Assembly (NCBI GenBank): GCA_963667255.1
Contig: OY762940.1
Coordinates: 192,001-256,000 of the forward strand
DNA length: 64,000 nt
Direction: 5' to 3'
Source of the DNA: Candidatus Cloacimonadota bacterium
Lineage (GTDB): Bacteria > Cloacimonadota > Cloacimonadia > G963667145
Each line of letters opens with the position of its first letter. Position 1 is the first letter of the stretch. A model generated the notes under the pieces. That model saw only the letters and a program-made list of their open reading frames with translations, did no database searches and was not told the DNA's origin. Both the position numbers and the translations under genes were made by a program. Positions 51,236 through 61,834 of the stretch are shown piece after piece.

Positions 51236-51880
51236 TCATTTACCTTCCCTCACTCTCCTCACAAACTCCTCTATCAACTTCTCGCTTTTCACTTCGTCTT
51301 CTTCCACTCCACTGCTCACATCTACCGCCCAAGGTTGCAAGGTTTTTATTCCACTAATTACATTATCGGCGGTCAGACCGCCTGCCAAGACAAGCGGACA
51401 AGGAAAATCTATGCTCTTTGCCAACTGCCAATCAAAAATTTGCCCCAAGCCTCCGAACTGCTTTGCGGAAAATTTATCCAACAAGACAGCAGAAATATTT
51501 TTGGAAAAGCTACTCACATCTGGCAAACGATTTCCCCCAATTCGACAAGCTTTCCAAATAGAAACTCCCTTGCCGATTTTTTTTTGTAGCTCGTCAATGT
51601 AAGCGGAATCCTCATCGCCGTGCAATTGCACAACTTTCAGTCCGCAAGCAATTGCCTTTATGATGGTGAAATGCTCTTCGTTCACGAAAACCCCCACAGG
51701 GATAATTCGCTTGTCCAGTGCGAAAATCAACTCGGAAAGCAAAGCCAAAGAAACCTGCCGTTTGCTCCTTGCCAAGACAAATCCCGCAAAATCGGGCAAA
51801 TATTTGTTCAGAATTTGCACATCGGTAGCAGATTTTATTCCGCAAATTTTTATCTTGGTTTTAGGAATTTGGCTCATCAT
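51236..51880 (-). CDS. trpF: Phosphoribosylanthranilate isomerase
   Basis: IKICGI, VQLHGDE, LAGGL, DVSSGVE. Confidence 0.93.
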   Translation of the reverse strand: MMSQIPKTKIKICGIKSATDVQILNKYLPDFAGFVLARSKRQVSLALLSELIFALDKRIIPVGVFVNEEHFTIIKAIACGLKVVQLHGDEDSAYIDELQKKIGKGVSIWKACRIGGNRLPDVSSFSKNISAVLLDKFSAKQFGGLGQIFDWQLAKSIDFPCPLVLAGGLTADNVISGIKTLQPWAVDVSSGVEEDEVKSEKLIEEFVRRVREGK

Positions 51881-52656
51881 CAACCCAAAATCTTTTTAAT
51901 ATCGCTTGTGTTTTTGGCTCTCATCAGAGTCTCTCCGACCAACACCGCATCAAAACCGCAATTTCGCAGTCGCACCATATCCTCAGCCGTTTTGATACCG
52001 CTCTCGCTAACTCGAACAAACTCGCTCGGAATGCTCGCTATCAGCTTTTCGCTGTGAGCAATATCGACCACGAATGTATCCAAATCGCGATTGTTCACTC
52101 CGATAATTTTCGCTCCACTTTGCATCGCCCTGTCAATCTCCGTCTCGTTGTGAGTCTCAAAAAGGACATCTAAACCAAGCTCGCTTGCCAGAGCATAAAA
52201 CCGCTTGACTTGTTCATCACTTAAAATCCGCATAATCAATAAAATACAATCGGCTTGCAAAAGTTTGCTTTGACAAATTTGATACTCGTCCACCATAAAA
52301 TCTTTTCGCAAAATCGGCAAATTTATCTTCGCTCTAATGTCCTGCAAAATCTCATCACTTCCCAGAAAAAAATCCTCTTCCGTGAGCACAGACACAGCCG
52401 AAGCCCCGTTCTCTTCGTAATTTTGAGCAATCTGCAAATAATCGAAATCGGCAGAAATAAGCCCTTTGGAGGGCGATGCCTTTTTCACTTCGGCGATAAC
52501 CGACAACTTGTCCTTACCTGCCAAAGCAGCTTGAAAAGATTTTTTTTGGGCAAAATCAACTCTGTCCAAATCTTTGATTAACTGGCTTAAACTCTTGTCA
52601 GCTTTGGCTTTCTCTATGCGGATTTTTTTGGCAGCTACGATTTTATCCAAAATCAT
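51880..52656 (-). CDS. trpC: Indole-3-glycerol phosphate synthase
   Basis: IAEVKKASPSKG, LRKDF, GVNNRDL, SESGI. Confidence 0.95.
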   Translation of the reverse strand: MILDKIVAAKKIRIEKAKADKSLSQLIKDLDRVDFAQKKSFQAALAGKDKLSVIAEVKKASPSKGLISADFDYLQIAQNYEENGASAVSVLTEEDFFLGSDEILQDIRAKINLPILRKDFMVDEYQICQSKLLQADCILLIMRILSDEQVKRFYALASELGLDVLFETHNETEIDRAMQSGAKIIGVNNRDLDTFVVDIAHSEKLIASIPSEFVRVSESGIKTAEDMVRLRNCGFDAVLVGETLMRAKNTSDIKKILG

Positions 52657-52659
52657 CGG

Positions 52660-53676
52660 CTACACCTCGTTGGAGCATTTTATGAAATTGTCCAAAACTT
52701 CCACTGCTTTTTTGTTATCTATCACCTCTCTGGCTTTGGCGATTCCCTCGGCAATATCTTTGGCAAAACCTGCCACATAGATAGCCACTCCCGCATTCAG
52801 AAGAACGATGTCGCTCTTTGCTCCCTTATCGCCATTCAAAATTCCTCGCAAAATTTTGGCATTCTCATCAGGAGTGCCACCAAGCAAATCTTCCAATTTG
52901 CACAAAGAAAATCCGTAATCCTCTGGATTTATCTCGTATTCGCTGATTTTGTCGTTGTTCAGCTCCGCCACATAAGTTTTGCCGGTGAGAGTAATTTCGT
53001 CCATTCCATCACAGCCACTAACCACCATCGCTTTTTTTATGCCCAATTTTTTGAGCACATTTATCACTTTCGGTATCAAATTTTTGTCGAAAACCCCCAT
53101 CAGATGCACATTCGCTTTGGCTGGATTTGCCAGAGGTCCCAAAATATTGAATACTGTTCTGAAAGGCAAATCTCGGCGAATTCCCCCAACATTTTTCATA
53201 GAAGAGTGGTATTTCATCGCAAAAATGAAGCCGACTTTGGTCTTCTTGATACATTGAAAAACCTGCTTTTCATCAAGAGAGATATTCGCCCCCAAGCTCT
53301 CCAAAACATCGGCAGCTCCCGATTTGCTGGTCATCGCCTTGTTGCCGTGCTTGGCGATATTTATCCCATTGGCAGCCAAAATGAACATCACCGAAGTGGA
53401 GATATTGAAAGTGTTTATGCCGTCGCCACCAGTTCCGCAAGTGTCCATCAAAACATCAAACTCACTGCCGTCCACCGACAAAGCATTCTCCCTCAGCACT
53501 TTAGCAAAAGCGAAAATCTCCTCAACCGTCTCTTCTTTCATCTTCAGAGCAGTGAGAAAAGCCGAAATCTTAATCGCACTAACCTCGCCTCGCATTATCG
53601 CCTGCATACATTCATAACTTTCTTCAAAAGTCAAATCCTGCCCATTCGACAGCTTTTTCAAACATTTATCAATCAT
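52660..53676 (-). CDS. trpD: Anthranilate phosphoribosyltransferase
   Basis: DTCGTGGDG..TFNIST, KHGN, RTVFNILGPLANP. Confidence 0.95.
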   Translation of the reverse strand: MIDKCLKKLSNGQDLTFEESYECMQAIMRGEVSAIKISAFLTALKMKEETVEEIFAFAKVLRENALSVDGSEFDVLMDTCGTGGDGINTFNISTSVMFILAANGINIAKHGNKAMTSKSGAADVLESLGANISLDEKQVFQCIKKTKVGFIFAMKYHSSMKNVGGIRRDLPFRTVFNILGPLANPAKANVHLMGVFDKNLIPKVINVLKKLGIKKAMVVSGCDGMDEITLTGKTYVAELNNDKISEYEINPEDYGFSLCKLEDLLGGTPDENAKILRGILNGDKGAKSDIVLLNAGVAIYVAGFAKDIAEGIAKAREVIDNKKAVEVLDNFIKCSNEV

Positions 53677-53688
53677 CTTGGCTCTCCT

Positions 53689-54456
53689 TTATTGCAAATT
53701 GCTCAAAAATTTATCCACAGCCTGCAAACCTTCGCTCTCCAACACATTCAAAATTTTACTGCCGATAATGGCAATGTCAGCCACACCCGCAAGTTTTTGC
53801 ACATCATCTTTGCAAGAAATCCCAAAACCCACGGCAACATTTTTATCAATCTTCGTCTTCAGCTCTTTAATTTTCTCCAAAACATCTGTGTCAAAATTGG
53901 TTTTTTGCCCTGTAACTCCCTTTCTGGGAACATAATAGATAAATCCGCCACATTCGGTTGCAATCTCTTGCATTCGCTCACTCTTGGTGTAAGCGGTGGC
54001 AAGCCCAACGGCATCAATTCCATTTTCAGAGCAAATAGTGAAAAAATCCTTAGCATCATCGATGGGAGCATCAGGCACAATCAAGCCTTTCACTCCGATT
54101 TCTCGGCACTTCTTGGCAAAATTTTCCACACCAAACTTGTAAACAATGTTGAAATAGGTCATAAACAAAAAAGGCAAATCGGGATATTTTTTCACCATCT
54201 TCGCCATAAATTCCAAACATTGCACCACCTTCACTCCGCTCTCCACAGCGGTTTGATTGGCTTTCATAAAGATTGGACCATCAGCTACCGGATCGGAAAA
54301 AGGAATCTGCAATTCGACCAAATCCACTCCATTTTTATGAAAAAGCTCAATCACTTTTTCGTTCGCCTCAAAAGACGGATAACCCAAAATCTGATGAGTC
54401 ATCAGCAAAATATCTTTGCTCTTTTTCTTCTCATTTATATAATTTTCAAGATTCAT
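53689..54456 (-). CDS. trpA: Tryptophan synthase alpha
   Basis: ELQIPFSDPVADGP, GVTG, VGFGI. Confidence 0.93.
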   Translation of the reverse strand: MNLENYINEKKKSKDILLMTHQILGYPSFEANEKVIELFHKNGVDLVELQIPFSDPVADGPIFMKANQTAVESGVKVVQCLEFMAKMVKKYPDLPFLFMTYFNIVYKFGVENFAKKCREIGVKGLIVPDAPIDDAKDFFTICSENGIDAVGLATAYTKSERMQEIATECGGFIYYVPRKGVTGQKTNFDTDVLEKIKELKTKIDKNVAVGFGISCKDDVQKLAGVADIAIIGSKILNVLESEGLQAVDKFLSNLQ

Positions 54457-55687
54457 AAGACTGCCCTCTGTCTTTCACAAATTTTTTCCAAACCTTATCG
54501 TCAAGTGCTTCGCCGATGTTGAAAATATCCTTGTCGCCTCTGCCGGACATATTCACTATCACGAGGTCGTCCTTGCTCGTTTGCTCTATCTCGGCAAAAA
54601 GCCCTGCAAAGGCATGAGTGGATTCCAAAGCAGGAATCAAGCCCTCTTTGCCCATCACCAACTTGAAAGCCTCTATCACTTGCACATCAGTTGCCGCACA
54701 CACTCTCACTTTATTCTCTTCCGCCAAATGAGAAATAATCGGCGACACTCCCACATAGTCAAGCCCTGCGGCGATGCTCCAAGTATCCTTCATTTGTCCG
54801 TCGTCGTCCTGCAAAAACAAAGTTTTGTAGCCTTGGGAAATTCCGCTCGTTCCACATGGATAAGCAATTCTTGCCGCATGCATTCCCGATTTTTCGCCAA
54901 GACCTCCAGCTTCCACAGCCACAAGTTCCGTTTTGTCCTCGTGCAGATATTCGTAAAAAGAGCCCATAGCATTGGAGCCACCGCCCAAGCAAGCATAAAC
55001 TCTGCTCGGCAATCTATTTTCCAACTCCATAATCTGCCGTTTACTCTCCTTGCTAATTACCGATTGAAAATAGCTGACCATCTCAGGAAAAGGCTTTGGA
55101 CCGCAAGCAGTCCCCAAAACATAATGAGTGGTGTCAAAATTGGTTGCCCAGTCTCGCAAAGCCTCGTTGATAGCATCTTTGAGAGTTGCCGTTCCGCTCT
55201 CCACAGGGATAACCTCCGCACCAAGTTGCTTCATCCAAAACACATTCGGATATTGCCGCTTCACATCTTCGCTACCCATATAAATCGTAGCTTTCAAGCC
55301 CATTTTGGCAGCCATTATACTCGTGGCAATACCGTGTTGACCAGCTCCAGTCTCGGCGATAACTCGCTTTTTGCCCAGCCTCTTTACCAAAAGCCCTTGC
55401 CCCAAAACATTGTTAATCTTGTGAGCACCGGAAACATTCAAATCTTCCCGCTTGATGTAAATCTTGGCTTTCCCAAAATGTGAAGTCAAATTTTCGGCAA
55501 AAGTTAGCGGGGTAGGTCTGCCCGAAAAATTTTGCAAGAGCCAATAAAACTCCTCAAAAAATTTGTCCGACTTCCTGATTTCCCTATAAATTCCCTCCAG
55601 CTCTTCCAAAGCAGGAACTAAAATTTCCGGCACAAATCGTCCGCCATATTCCCCAAAAAAGCCGTTTTGACTATCTACATAACTCAT
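54446..55687 (-). CDS. trpB: Tryptophan synthase beta
   Basis: GAHKINN, AETGAGQHG, GLIPALES, SGRGDKD. Confidence 0.96.
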   Translation of the reverse strand: MSYVDSQNGFFGEYGGRFVPEILVPALEELEGIYREIRKSDKFFEEFYWLLQNFSGRPTPLTFAENLTSHFGKAKIYIKREDLNVSGAHKINNVLGQGLLVKRLGKKRVIAETGAGQHGIATSIMAAKMGLKATIYMGSEDVKRQYPNVFWMKQLGAEVIPVESGTATLKDAINEALRDWATNFDTTHYVLGTACGPKPFPEMVSYFQSVISKESKRQIMELENRLPSRVYACLGGGSNAMGSFYEYLHEDKTELVAVEAGGLGEKSGMHAARIAYPCGTSGISQGYKTLFLQDDDGQMKDTWSIAAGLDYVGVSPIISHLAEENKVRVCAATDVQVIEAFKLVMGKEGLIPALESTHAFAGLFAEIEQTSKDDLVIVNMSGRGDKDIFNIGEALDDKVWKKFVKDRGQSYES

Positions 55688-55714
55688 TTTAATAACTCCT
55701 TAAATTCTCTCGCT

Positions 55715-57532
55715 TTACGACAACAAATAGTCCAAAGCCTTCTTCATAATATCCTCGCCATGCTCCGTTAAGATAGACTCCACATGAAACTGGAAACTGA
55801 TAAAATCTTTCCCCTTCAGAGCAAAAATCTTGCCGTCCACATCTTTGGATATGGCAATATCTTGAATTTCGCCCTTGTCCATCGCAAAATAAGAGTTGTA
55901 AAAACCGACCTTACTCCGCTCGCCAAACAAATCTATCTCCTTTTGCATACCTTGAAAAGGAATAATCGATTTGGTCAACTCAAATCCCAAAGCACCCGAC
56001 AAAATCTGATGCCCAAGACAAATCCCCAAAATCTTTTGCCCATTATCCAGCAAATCGCTTACAATGCTGTAAAGCATCCTCATCTTATCGTGATTTAGAT
56101 TGTTCGGGTCGCCCGGACCAGGACCAACAATCGTCAGAGCAAACCTCTCATCGTAAACATAATCTTTGAACCTAACCACCGTCGTTTTGTAGCCCAGCGA
56201 CTGCAAAATATGCCTTATCATATAGATAAAATCGTCCTCGTTGTCAATCAGCAAAATCTCCTTATCCTGATTTTTGCTTTCGGCTTTTTTGCTCGGCTTC
56301 ATCCAAAATTTCGACAAATATTTGTTCCGAGCCTGCATCTTGCCCAAAATCTCCTCATCTACCACCGACGGCAACAGCACTTCCCGTTTGGAAGTCCCAG
56401 CAATCGCATTCATCAGCCCCTGAGCCTTGGCTTGTATCTCCTTGCACTCCAGCTCTGGAACAGAATCTCGCACAATGCTCGCTCCAGTTTGAATGGAAAA
56501 TCTGCCATTTTTCTCAATCTCCACCGTCCTGATGGTAATGGCACTATCCAGAAAATCTTTGCCCTTTTCGTCCTTACCAAACGAACAAATCACACTCGAG
56601 TAGTATCGTCGTGAAGAACTCTCATATTTGGTGATAATCCTCGCCGCATTCTCCAGAGGACTGCCCACCATCGTCGCCGCATAGAGGCTCTCCCGCAGAC
56701 TGGCAAAAATATCCTTCGTCCCTTGACCTTCCAGCAAATATTCCGTATGAATAACCGTCGCCATCTCCTTGAGCAGTGGACCGATTACCTTGCCTTCCTT
56801 GGGACAAAGCTTGCAAATAATCTTCAATTCCTCGTCCACCACCTGAAAAAGTTCGTTAATCTCCTTGGGATTTTCGATAAAATCTTTCAGCCTATTTTTG
56901 AACTCGCCATCATTCTTTTTAGGAAGAGTTCCGCAAATCGGATTCATATAAGTTTTGGAATCGCCGATACTCAAATGCCTCTCGGGAGATGCACCCACGA
57001 AAACATTTTTCCCCGTGTAAAAGATGAAATTCCAATAACTTCCGATTTCGTTCTCCACCAATCTTTTGAAAATAGACAGCACATGAGAGGGCGAATAGTC
57101 CTTGATTTTCCCGAAAAATTTCCTCGACATCAAGAAGTTAGAACCCTCGCCGTTCTTTATCTCGTCCTCAATCACTCTCTTCACAATCTCCATAAACTCT
57201 TCGTCCGTGATATTGGAAAAAATTCCGCCATCAACGAACACTTGCACCTCGTCAATCTGAGAACATAACTCTTCGGGAGTAGTGGAAAATTTGTCCTCAA
57301 TCAGCAACGACAAAATCTTTTCTTGCCCGTCTATCACCGCAAAACCTCGCTCGGACATTTGCTTGTATGGCAACAAACTAATATAATTCACTCCGCTTTT
57401 GTCTATCGGAGGAAGCTGGTCAATTTTCTCAAATTTGGCAATTTTCCCAGTAAAAATATCGACCTTTTCGCCCTTGTTCACAATGCAAAAAGGCTTCTCA
57501 AATAAGTTCAACAAATCTTGTTTGGTTTTCAT
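55715..57532 (-). CDS. trpE: Fused anthranilate synthase I+II (TrpEG), PhzE-like type
   Basis: GASPERH, MNPICGT, VVDEELK, HTEY, GSPLENA; GATase IDNED, GPGPGDP, GICLGHQ, QFHVES. Confidence 0.8.
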   Translation of the reverse strand: MKTKQDLLNLFEKPFCIVNKGEKVDIFTGKIAKFEKIDQLPPIDKSGVNYISLLPYKQMSERGFAVIDGQEKILSLLIEDKFSTTPEELCSQIDEVQVFVDGGIFSNITDEEFMEIVKRVIEDEIKNGEGSNFLMSRKFFGKIKDYSPSHVLSIFKRLVENEIGSYWNFIFYTGKNVFVGASPERHLSIGDSKTYMNPICGTLPKKNDGEFKNRLKDFIENPKEINELFQVVDEELKIICKLCPKEGKVIGPLLKEMATVIHTEYLLEGQGTKDIFASLRESLYAATMVGSPLENAARIITKYESSSRRYYSSVICSFGKDEKGKDFLDSAITIRTVEIEKNGRFSIQTGASIVRDSVPELECKEIQAKAQGLMNAIAGTSKREVLLPSVVDEEILGKMQARNKYLSKFWMKPSKKAESKNQDKEILLIDNEDDFIYMIRHILQSLGYKTTVVRFKDYVYDERFALTIVGPGPGDPNNLNHDKMRMLYSIVSDLLDNGQKILGICLGHQILSGALGFELTKSIIPFQGMQKEIDLFGERSKVGFYNSYFAMDKGEIQDIAISKDVDGKIFALKGKDFISFQFHVESILTEHGEDIMKKALDYLLS

Positions 57533-57952
57533 ATATAATCCCCAAGTCAATATCGCATAATTGCGACTCAACTACTCTATAACTTTCTATTTTTGTGTGT
57601 CTTAAAACGATTTAGAATAAAAATCGCCAACGAAATTGCCAAACGACATTGGTAGTCGCTTCGCAAGAAATGAATTTCAGAATTTTTTCAAGATTTTCGC
57701 AATCTTTAGATAAAAATAAAATCATGGGAGAAGCCTTTGTGTCAAGCTGCTGGAAGTCAAGAAAAAATTGAGATTAGTTGTAAGATTCCAATTCATCTTG
57801 GGAAATATGTTGACAGGAAAAAGAGCTAAAACTCTTAAATAAGAAAATAAATTATAGCAGAAATTTTATTCAATAAACACAAATCCCAAAAGACAATCTC
57901 GCTCCCAATTAAAATATCTTTTGACTAAAATTTTGAAAATTCTATATTGTGG

Positions 57953-58038
57953 ACAAAACAAAGGAAGTATATATGCAATTGCGTTTAGCCCACCAATTTG
58001 GAAGGATAAATACCATTGAGTTTATACAAATGTTGTGT
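57953..58038 (+). mobile_element. Degenerate attC-like site at left end of the R-M unit
   Basis: ACAAAAC...GTATA..CAAT..TTTA/TAAA..ATTG..TATAC...GTTGTGT imperfect palindrome. Confidence 0.5.
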
Positions 58039-58217
58039 TTCATGCAAGGAGAGACAGTACAACTAAAGTCAACGCACATTTGGCACATTTGCAAGCCGCC
58101 CAAACTCACAAGCTGACGCTTCAGCTTTCAAAAGAGCCAAATTTTTGCCGACACACAATCATAGATTATCAAATATTATTAATAGCAATTAGAATTATAA
58201 ACTTTTTATACTTACCT

Positions 58218-58235
58218 TTGACTAAAATAAGTCAA
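58218..58235. promoter_or_regulatory. Inverted repeat operator (C-box-like) before HTH gene
   Basis: TTGACT-AAAATA-AGTCAA, 16 nt before ATG 58252. Confidence 0.5.
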
Positions 58236-58251
58236 GTCCAAATTTGGTAAA

Positions 58252-58542
58252 ATGACACTAGTACAAAAAATTAAAGAATTAAGAGAAGCATAAGGAATGT
58301 TTCAAAGGCAAATATCGTCAATATTAGAGATGGGTGATGGTTTTTTGAGTAAAGTTGAAAGCGACAGAAAACCATTAAAAAGAGAACATCTAAAGACTTT
58401 GAGCGAAACACTTGATTGCTCTTATGCAGAGTTGGAAGCTTTATGGATAGGAACAAAAATATATGACATAGTAAAAGATGAGGATGAAGCTTTAAATGCA
58501 ATAAAAGTTGCAGAGGAGCAAGTGAAATATCATAAAAGGTAA
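58252..58542 (+). pseudogene. XRE-family HTH regulator with in-frame TAA at codon 14 (restart possible at 58297)
   Basis: MTLVQKIKELREA*GMFQRQISSILEMGDGFLSKVESD. Confidence 0.7.
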
Positions 58543-58544
58543 GA

Positions 58545-59597
58545 ATGAAGTATTGTCTATATAAAAAGGAAAAGAAAGAAATAGTTCCCGTTAAAGATAG
58601 AGAACAAATAAAACTTGCTAAGGAGAGGTTGCAAGAATTATTTGGACAAAGGAACACACTTAGAATCCCAAGTAGATTTATTGAGTCTTGGGAGAATGTT
58701 GCTCTATTTCAAACTAATGGAGATGTTAAGAAAGCAAATGCAATATTGTTTCCAGAAGAAAAATCTGCATTTGCATTGAATAATTTGCTTAATGATTTAA
58801 CAGCAAAAGAATGGTTACCTGAAACGGTCACCGTGTTCAGTCAAAAAGGACTTGGTGCTGGAAACAAGGATGCACAAATTGAAAAACAACACCCTGCACC
58901 TTATTCTTTTCAGGATGTTGCAAGATTAATTCAGTTTTACTCTAAAGAAAAGGATAGAGTACTAGACCCATTTTCAGGTGTTGCATCCTCTGTTAAAGCA
59001 TGTGCATTTAGCAATAGAGAAGGATACGGGATTGAATTGAATCCCAAATACCATGATTTAGGTGTATTGAGAATTGAACAAGAAGTACCTGATGATGTTA
59101 AGGGGAAAATAATACAGACATTAATAAATGGGAATAGTGTAGATGAAATTAAAAAGTTTAAAAATGATTTCTTTGACTTTATAGTAACTAGTCCACCTTA
59201 TTGGAATATTTTAGAAACTGTTGACCACAAAGGTAAAGAACGAATTGAAAATGAATTAGACCACAAATACAGTGAAAATGAGGAGGACTTAGCAAATATT
59301 GAAGATTATAAAGAGTTTTTGAAAACGCTATCAGGTTTCTTTAACTCATGTTCTAAAATACTTAAGAAAGGAAAGTATATGTGTGTTGTTGTTAGTGATT
59401 TTAGAAAAAAAGACAAATACTACACATTCCATGCAGACCTTGCAAATGCAATTGAAAAGAGAGGCAATTTCGTATTAAAAGGTGTTAGGATTTTATACCA
59501 GCGTCATAAAGGAATTTATCCATATGGATATCCATTTTCATTTGTTCCTAACATGCATCATCAAAATGTTTTGATTTTCCAAAATATAAAAAAGTAA
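58545..59597 (+). CDS. DNA amino-methyltransferase (N4-C/N6-A), motif I before motif IV
   Basis: HPAPY, VLDPFSG, TSPPY. Confidence 0.85.
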   Translation: MKYCLYKKEKKEIVPVKDREQIKLAKERLQELFGQRNTLRIPSRFIESWENVALFQTNGDVKKANAILFPEEKSAFALNNLLNDLTAKEWLPETVTVFSQKGLGAGNKDAQIEKQHPAPYSFQDVARLIQFYSKEKDRVLDPFSGVASSVKACAFSNREGYGIELNPKYHDLGVLRIEQEVPDDVKGKIIQTLINGNSVDEIKKFKNDFFDFIVTSPPYWNILETVDHKGKERIENELDHKYSENEEDLANIEDYKEFLKTLSGFFNSCSKILKKGKYMCVVVSDFRKKDKYYTFHADLANAIEKRGNFVLKGVRILYQRHKGIYPYGYPFSFVPNMHHQNVLIFQNIKK

Positions 59598-60409
59598 TGA
59601 TAGATATAAACAAAATCCATGCTGGAGATTGCATCAAAAAAATGCAAGAGATAGAGAACGAATCTGTTGATTTGATAATTGCTGACCCTCCTTATAATCT
59701 TAAAAAAGATTTTGGAAATTCTTCCGACATTTGGGATGATGTAAATGAATGGGTAAGCTGGTCAAAACAATGGATTGATGTTGCTATAAGCAAATTGAAA
59801 CCAACAGGTTCTATTTTTATTTATGGAATTCATCATTATTTATGCTACTTACAGGTTCATTTGTATAAGCGAGATATGAAATATCGAAGACAGATTATCT
59901 GGCATTATGAAAACAGTTTCTCTGGTTATAAAAATGCTCCATCAGCAAACTATGAACCAATATTGTGGTTTTCAAAATCTGACAATTACACCTATCATCA
60001 GATACGAGAGCCCTATAAAAGTACCGAGAGATTGAAAAATAAAATAACTAAAAATGAAAAAGTTTGGACGCCACACCCTGATGGTAAACATGCAGGTGAT
60101 GTTTGGAATATTCCTGTTTTGGCTGGTAAAAGATTTTCTTATGAAAAAGTAGACCACCCTACACAAAAACCTTTAGCCATTTGTGATAGGCTAATAAAAC
60201 ATTTTTCCAATGAGGGAGAATTAGTGCTTGTACCATTTGCTGGGTCTGGCAGTGAATGTGTAAGTGCAATTAAGAATAATCGCAATTTTATTGCTTTCGA
60301 GAAAAACAAAGAATATATAAAAATCGCTAATCAACGATTATTAGAACTAAACAGCCAGAGTATTTCTGAAAATCATAATCTAACAAATAGTATATTTGTC
60401 GAAATGTAA
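59597..60409 (+). CDS. DNA amino-methyltransferase, beta class
   Basis: ADPPYN, HPTQKP, PFAGSGS. Confidence 0.9.
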   Translation: MIDINKIHAGDCIKKMQEIENESVDLIIADPPYNLKKDFGNSSDIWDDVNEWVSWSKQWIDVAISKLKPTGSIFIYGIHHYLCYLQVHLYKRDMKYRRQIIWHYENSFSGYKNAPSANYEPILWFSKSDNYTYHQIREPYKSTERLKNKITKNEKVWTPHPDGKHAGDVWNIPVLAGKRFSYEKVDHPTQKPLAICDRLIKHFSNEGELVLVPFAGSGSECVSAIKNNRNFIAFEKNKEYIKIANQRLLELNSQSISENHNLTNSIFVEM

Positions 60410-60421
60410 TTTGGTAATACT

Positions 60422-61678
60422 ATGAAAAATTTCCCACATCAATTTAATGACTTAACAAAATTATATAATGCTTTAGTCTGCATCAAAGAACTTATAGAAG
60501 AAGAAGTTGCGTTAAAGGATGAGAATTTCGGAGAATTATTAACCAGAAAAGAAATTTATACTTATAGGGATAAAACCCTATCAATTGACGAGTTTTTAGA
60601 AGCAGAAGAACAGAAACCTAAAGCTAGTCGTGGTTACCTTACTGTTGCAAGAGATATTCGTAGACTTTTTCAATTACTAGGTTTTTTGATTGTTTACGAT
60701 GATAAATCAGGGAAACTGAGTCCACAAGCTATACAATTAATTTCAGCCAGTACAGAATCTATAAAAAAAGAATTATGGCAGAATTCATTTGTTCAATTAG
60801 GGCTTGAAGGAACAGATGGGGAAATAAGTCATCCATATCGTATTTTATTAAAATTAGTACAAGACAAATCTGGAATTGAGACTAAAAAACTAATGCTTGC
60901 TCTTGAAGCTGAAAATGATTCTGATGAAGAATATCAAAGAATTTTAGAGCTTTCAGATTTGACTTTTGAAAAAATACTAAAGACTACAGGCACCACTGAA
61001 TCAATGGCAAAGAATGCTGTGAAAATTTTGCCAGGCATTGCAGAGCAACTCCATGATATCGAAAGAAAAGGGAACTATTCTTTTTCTGTTGGAAATGTGA
61101 TAATAACAGAGGATGAAATTTCAACAGAAATTCCTGAAGAATCAACAAATCAAGATGGTGTCTTATACTCTCAATTTAGACAAGTTACATCTGACAATAT
61201 TGCTAAAGACCCCATTTTTAATACTGTTTCTTCCATAAGTATTGACCTTACAGAATCCATTAGAATAAGACAAAATCGTCTTGCCCTACATCAAGAAATT
61301 GTTAGACAACTAGGTTTGCTATGTGAACAAAAGGGATTTAACTTGTATGAAGGAAAATTTGATTGTTTATCCACAATTAATGACAATGCAATAGTTTTTG
61401 AGGTTAAAACTATCTTAGATTCGATGTCTGACCAAGAAAAGCAAACAATAAAAGGAGTTGGGCAATTAAAATATTATAAGTATTCAATTGTGCATAAACA
61501 AATGGGTTATGATAATATACGAGAAGTTTTAGTTTATTCGCAAAAACCTGCAAATAGTCTAATTGAGTTTTGTTCGAATGAAAATATCTCAATATTATGG
61601 ATAGAGAATGATATTTTCAAGATTTATGACACTGAAAATAATGCAGACATTGGTTTTGAGCCCAATAATATCATTTAA
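60422..61678 (+). CDS. Putative restriction endonuclease with C-terminal PD-(D/E)xK domain
   Basis: FD...IVFEVK...GVGQLKYY; follows two MTases in operon. Confidence 0.6.
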   Translation: MKNFPHQFNDLTKLYNALVCIKELIEEEVALKDENFGELLTRKEIYTYRDKTLSIDEFLEAEEQKPKASRGYLTVARDIRRLFQLLGFLIVYDDKSGKLSPQAIQLISASTESIKKELWQNSFVQLGLEGTDGEISHPYRILLKLVQDKSGIETKKLMLALEAENDSDEEYQRILELSDLTFEKILKTTGTTESMAKNAVKILPGIAEQLHDIERKGNYSFSVGNVIITEDEISTEIPEESTNQDGVLYSQFRQVTSDNIAKDPIFNTVSSISIDLTESIRIRQNRLALHQEIVRQLGLLCEQKGFNLYEGKFDCLSTINDNAIVFEVKTILDSMSDQEKQTIKGVGQLKYYKYSIVHKQMGYDNIREVLVYSQKPANSLIEFCSNENISILWIENDIFKIYDTENNADIGFEPNNII

Positions 61679-61834
61679 TGCCAACCCCTTAGCATCCATA
61701 CACATTGCCAAGTCGCTCAAAAAGCCAACCGCACGACCTAAACTTGTCAAAGAGTGTGTCTGTCCCAACACACGGGAGACAGGAAAGTGCAGCAAATTTT
61801 AAAGACAAAAAAACGGACGAAAAAGAACGCCAGT

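Noticed and set aside
57540..57800. Trp attenuator or T-box upstream of trpE
   Set aside because: The short - strand ORF found (MILFLSKDCENLEKF) has no Trp codon, and I saw no T-box consensus or strong terminator.
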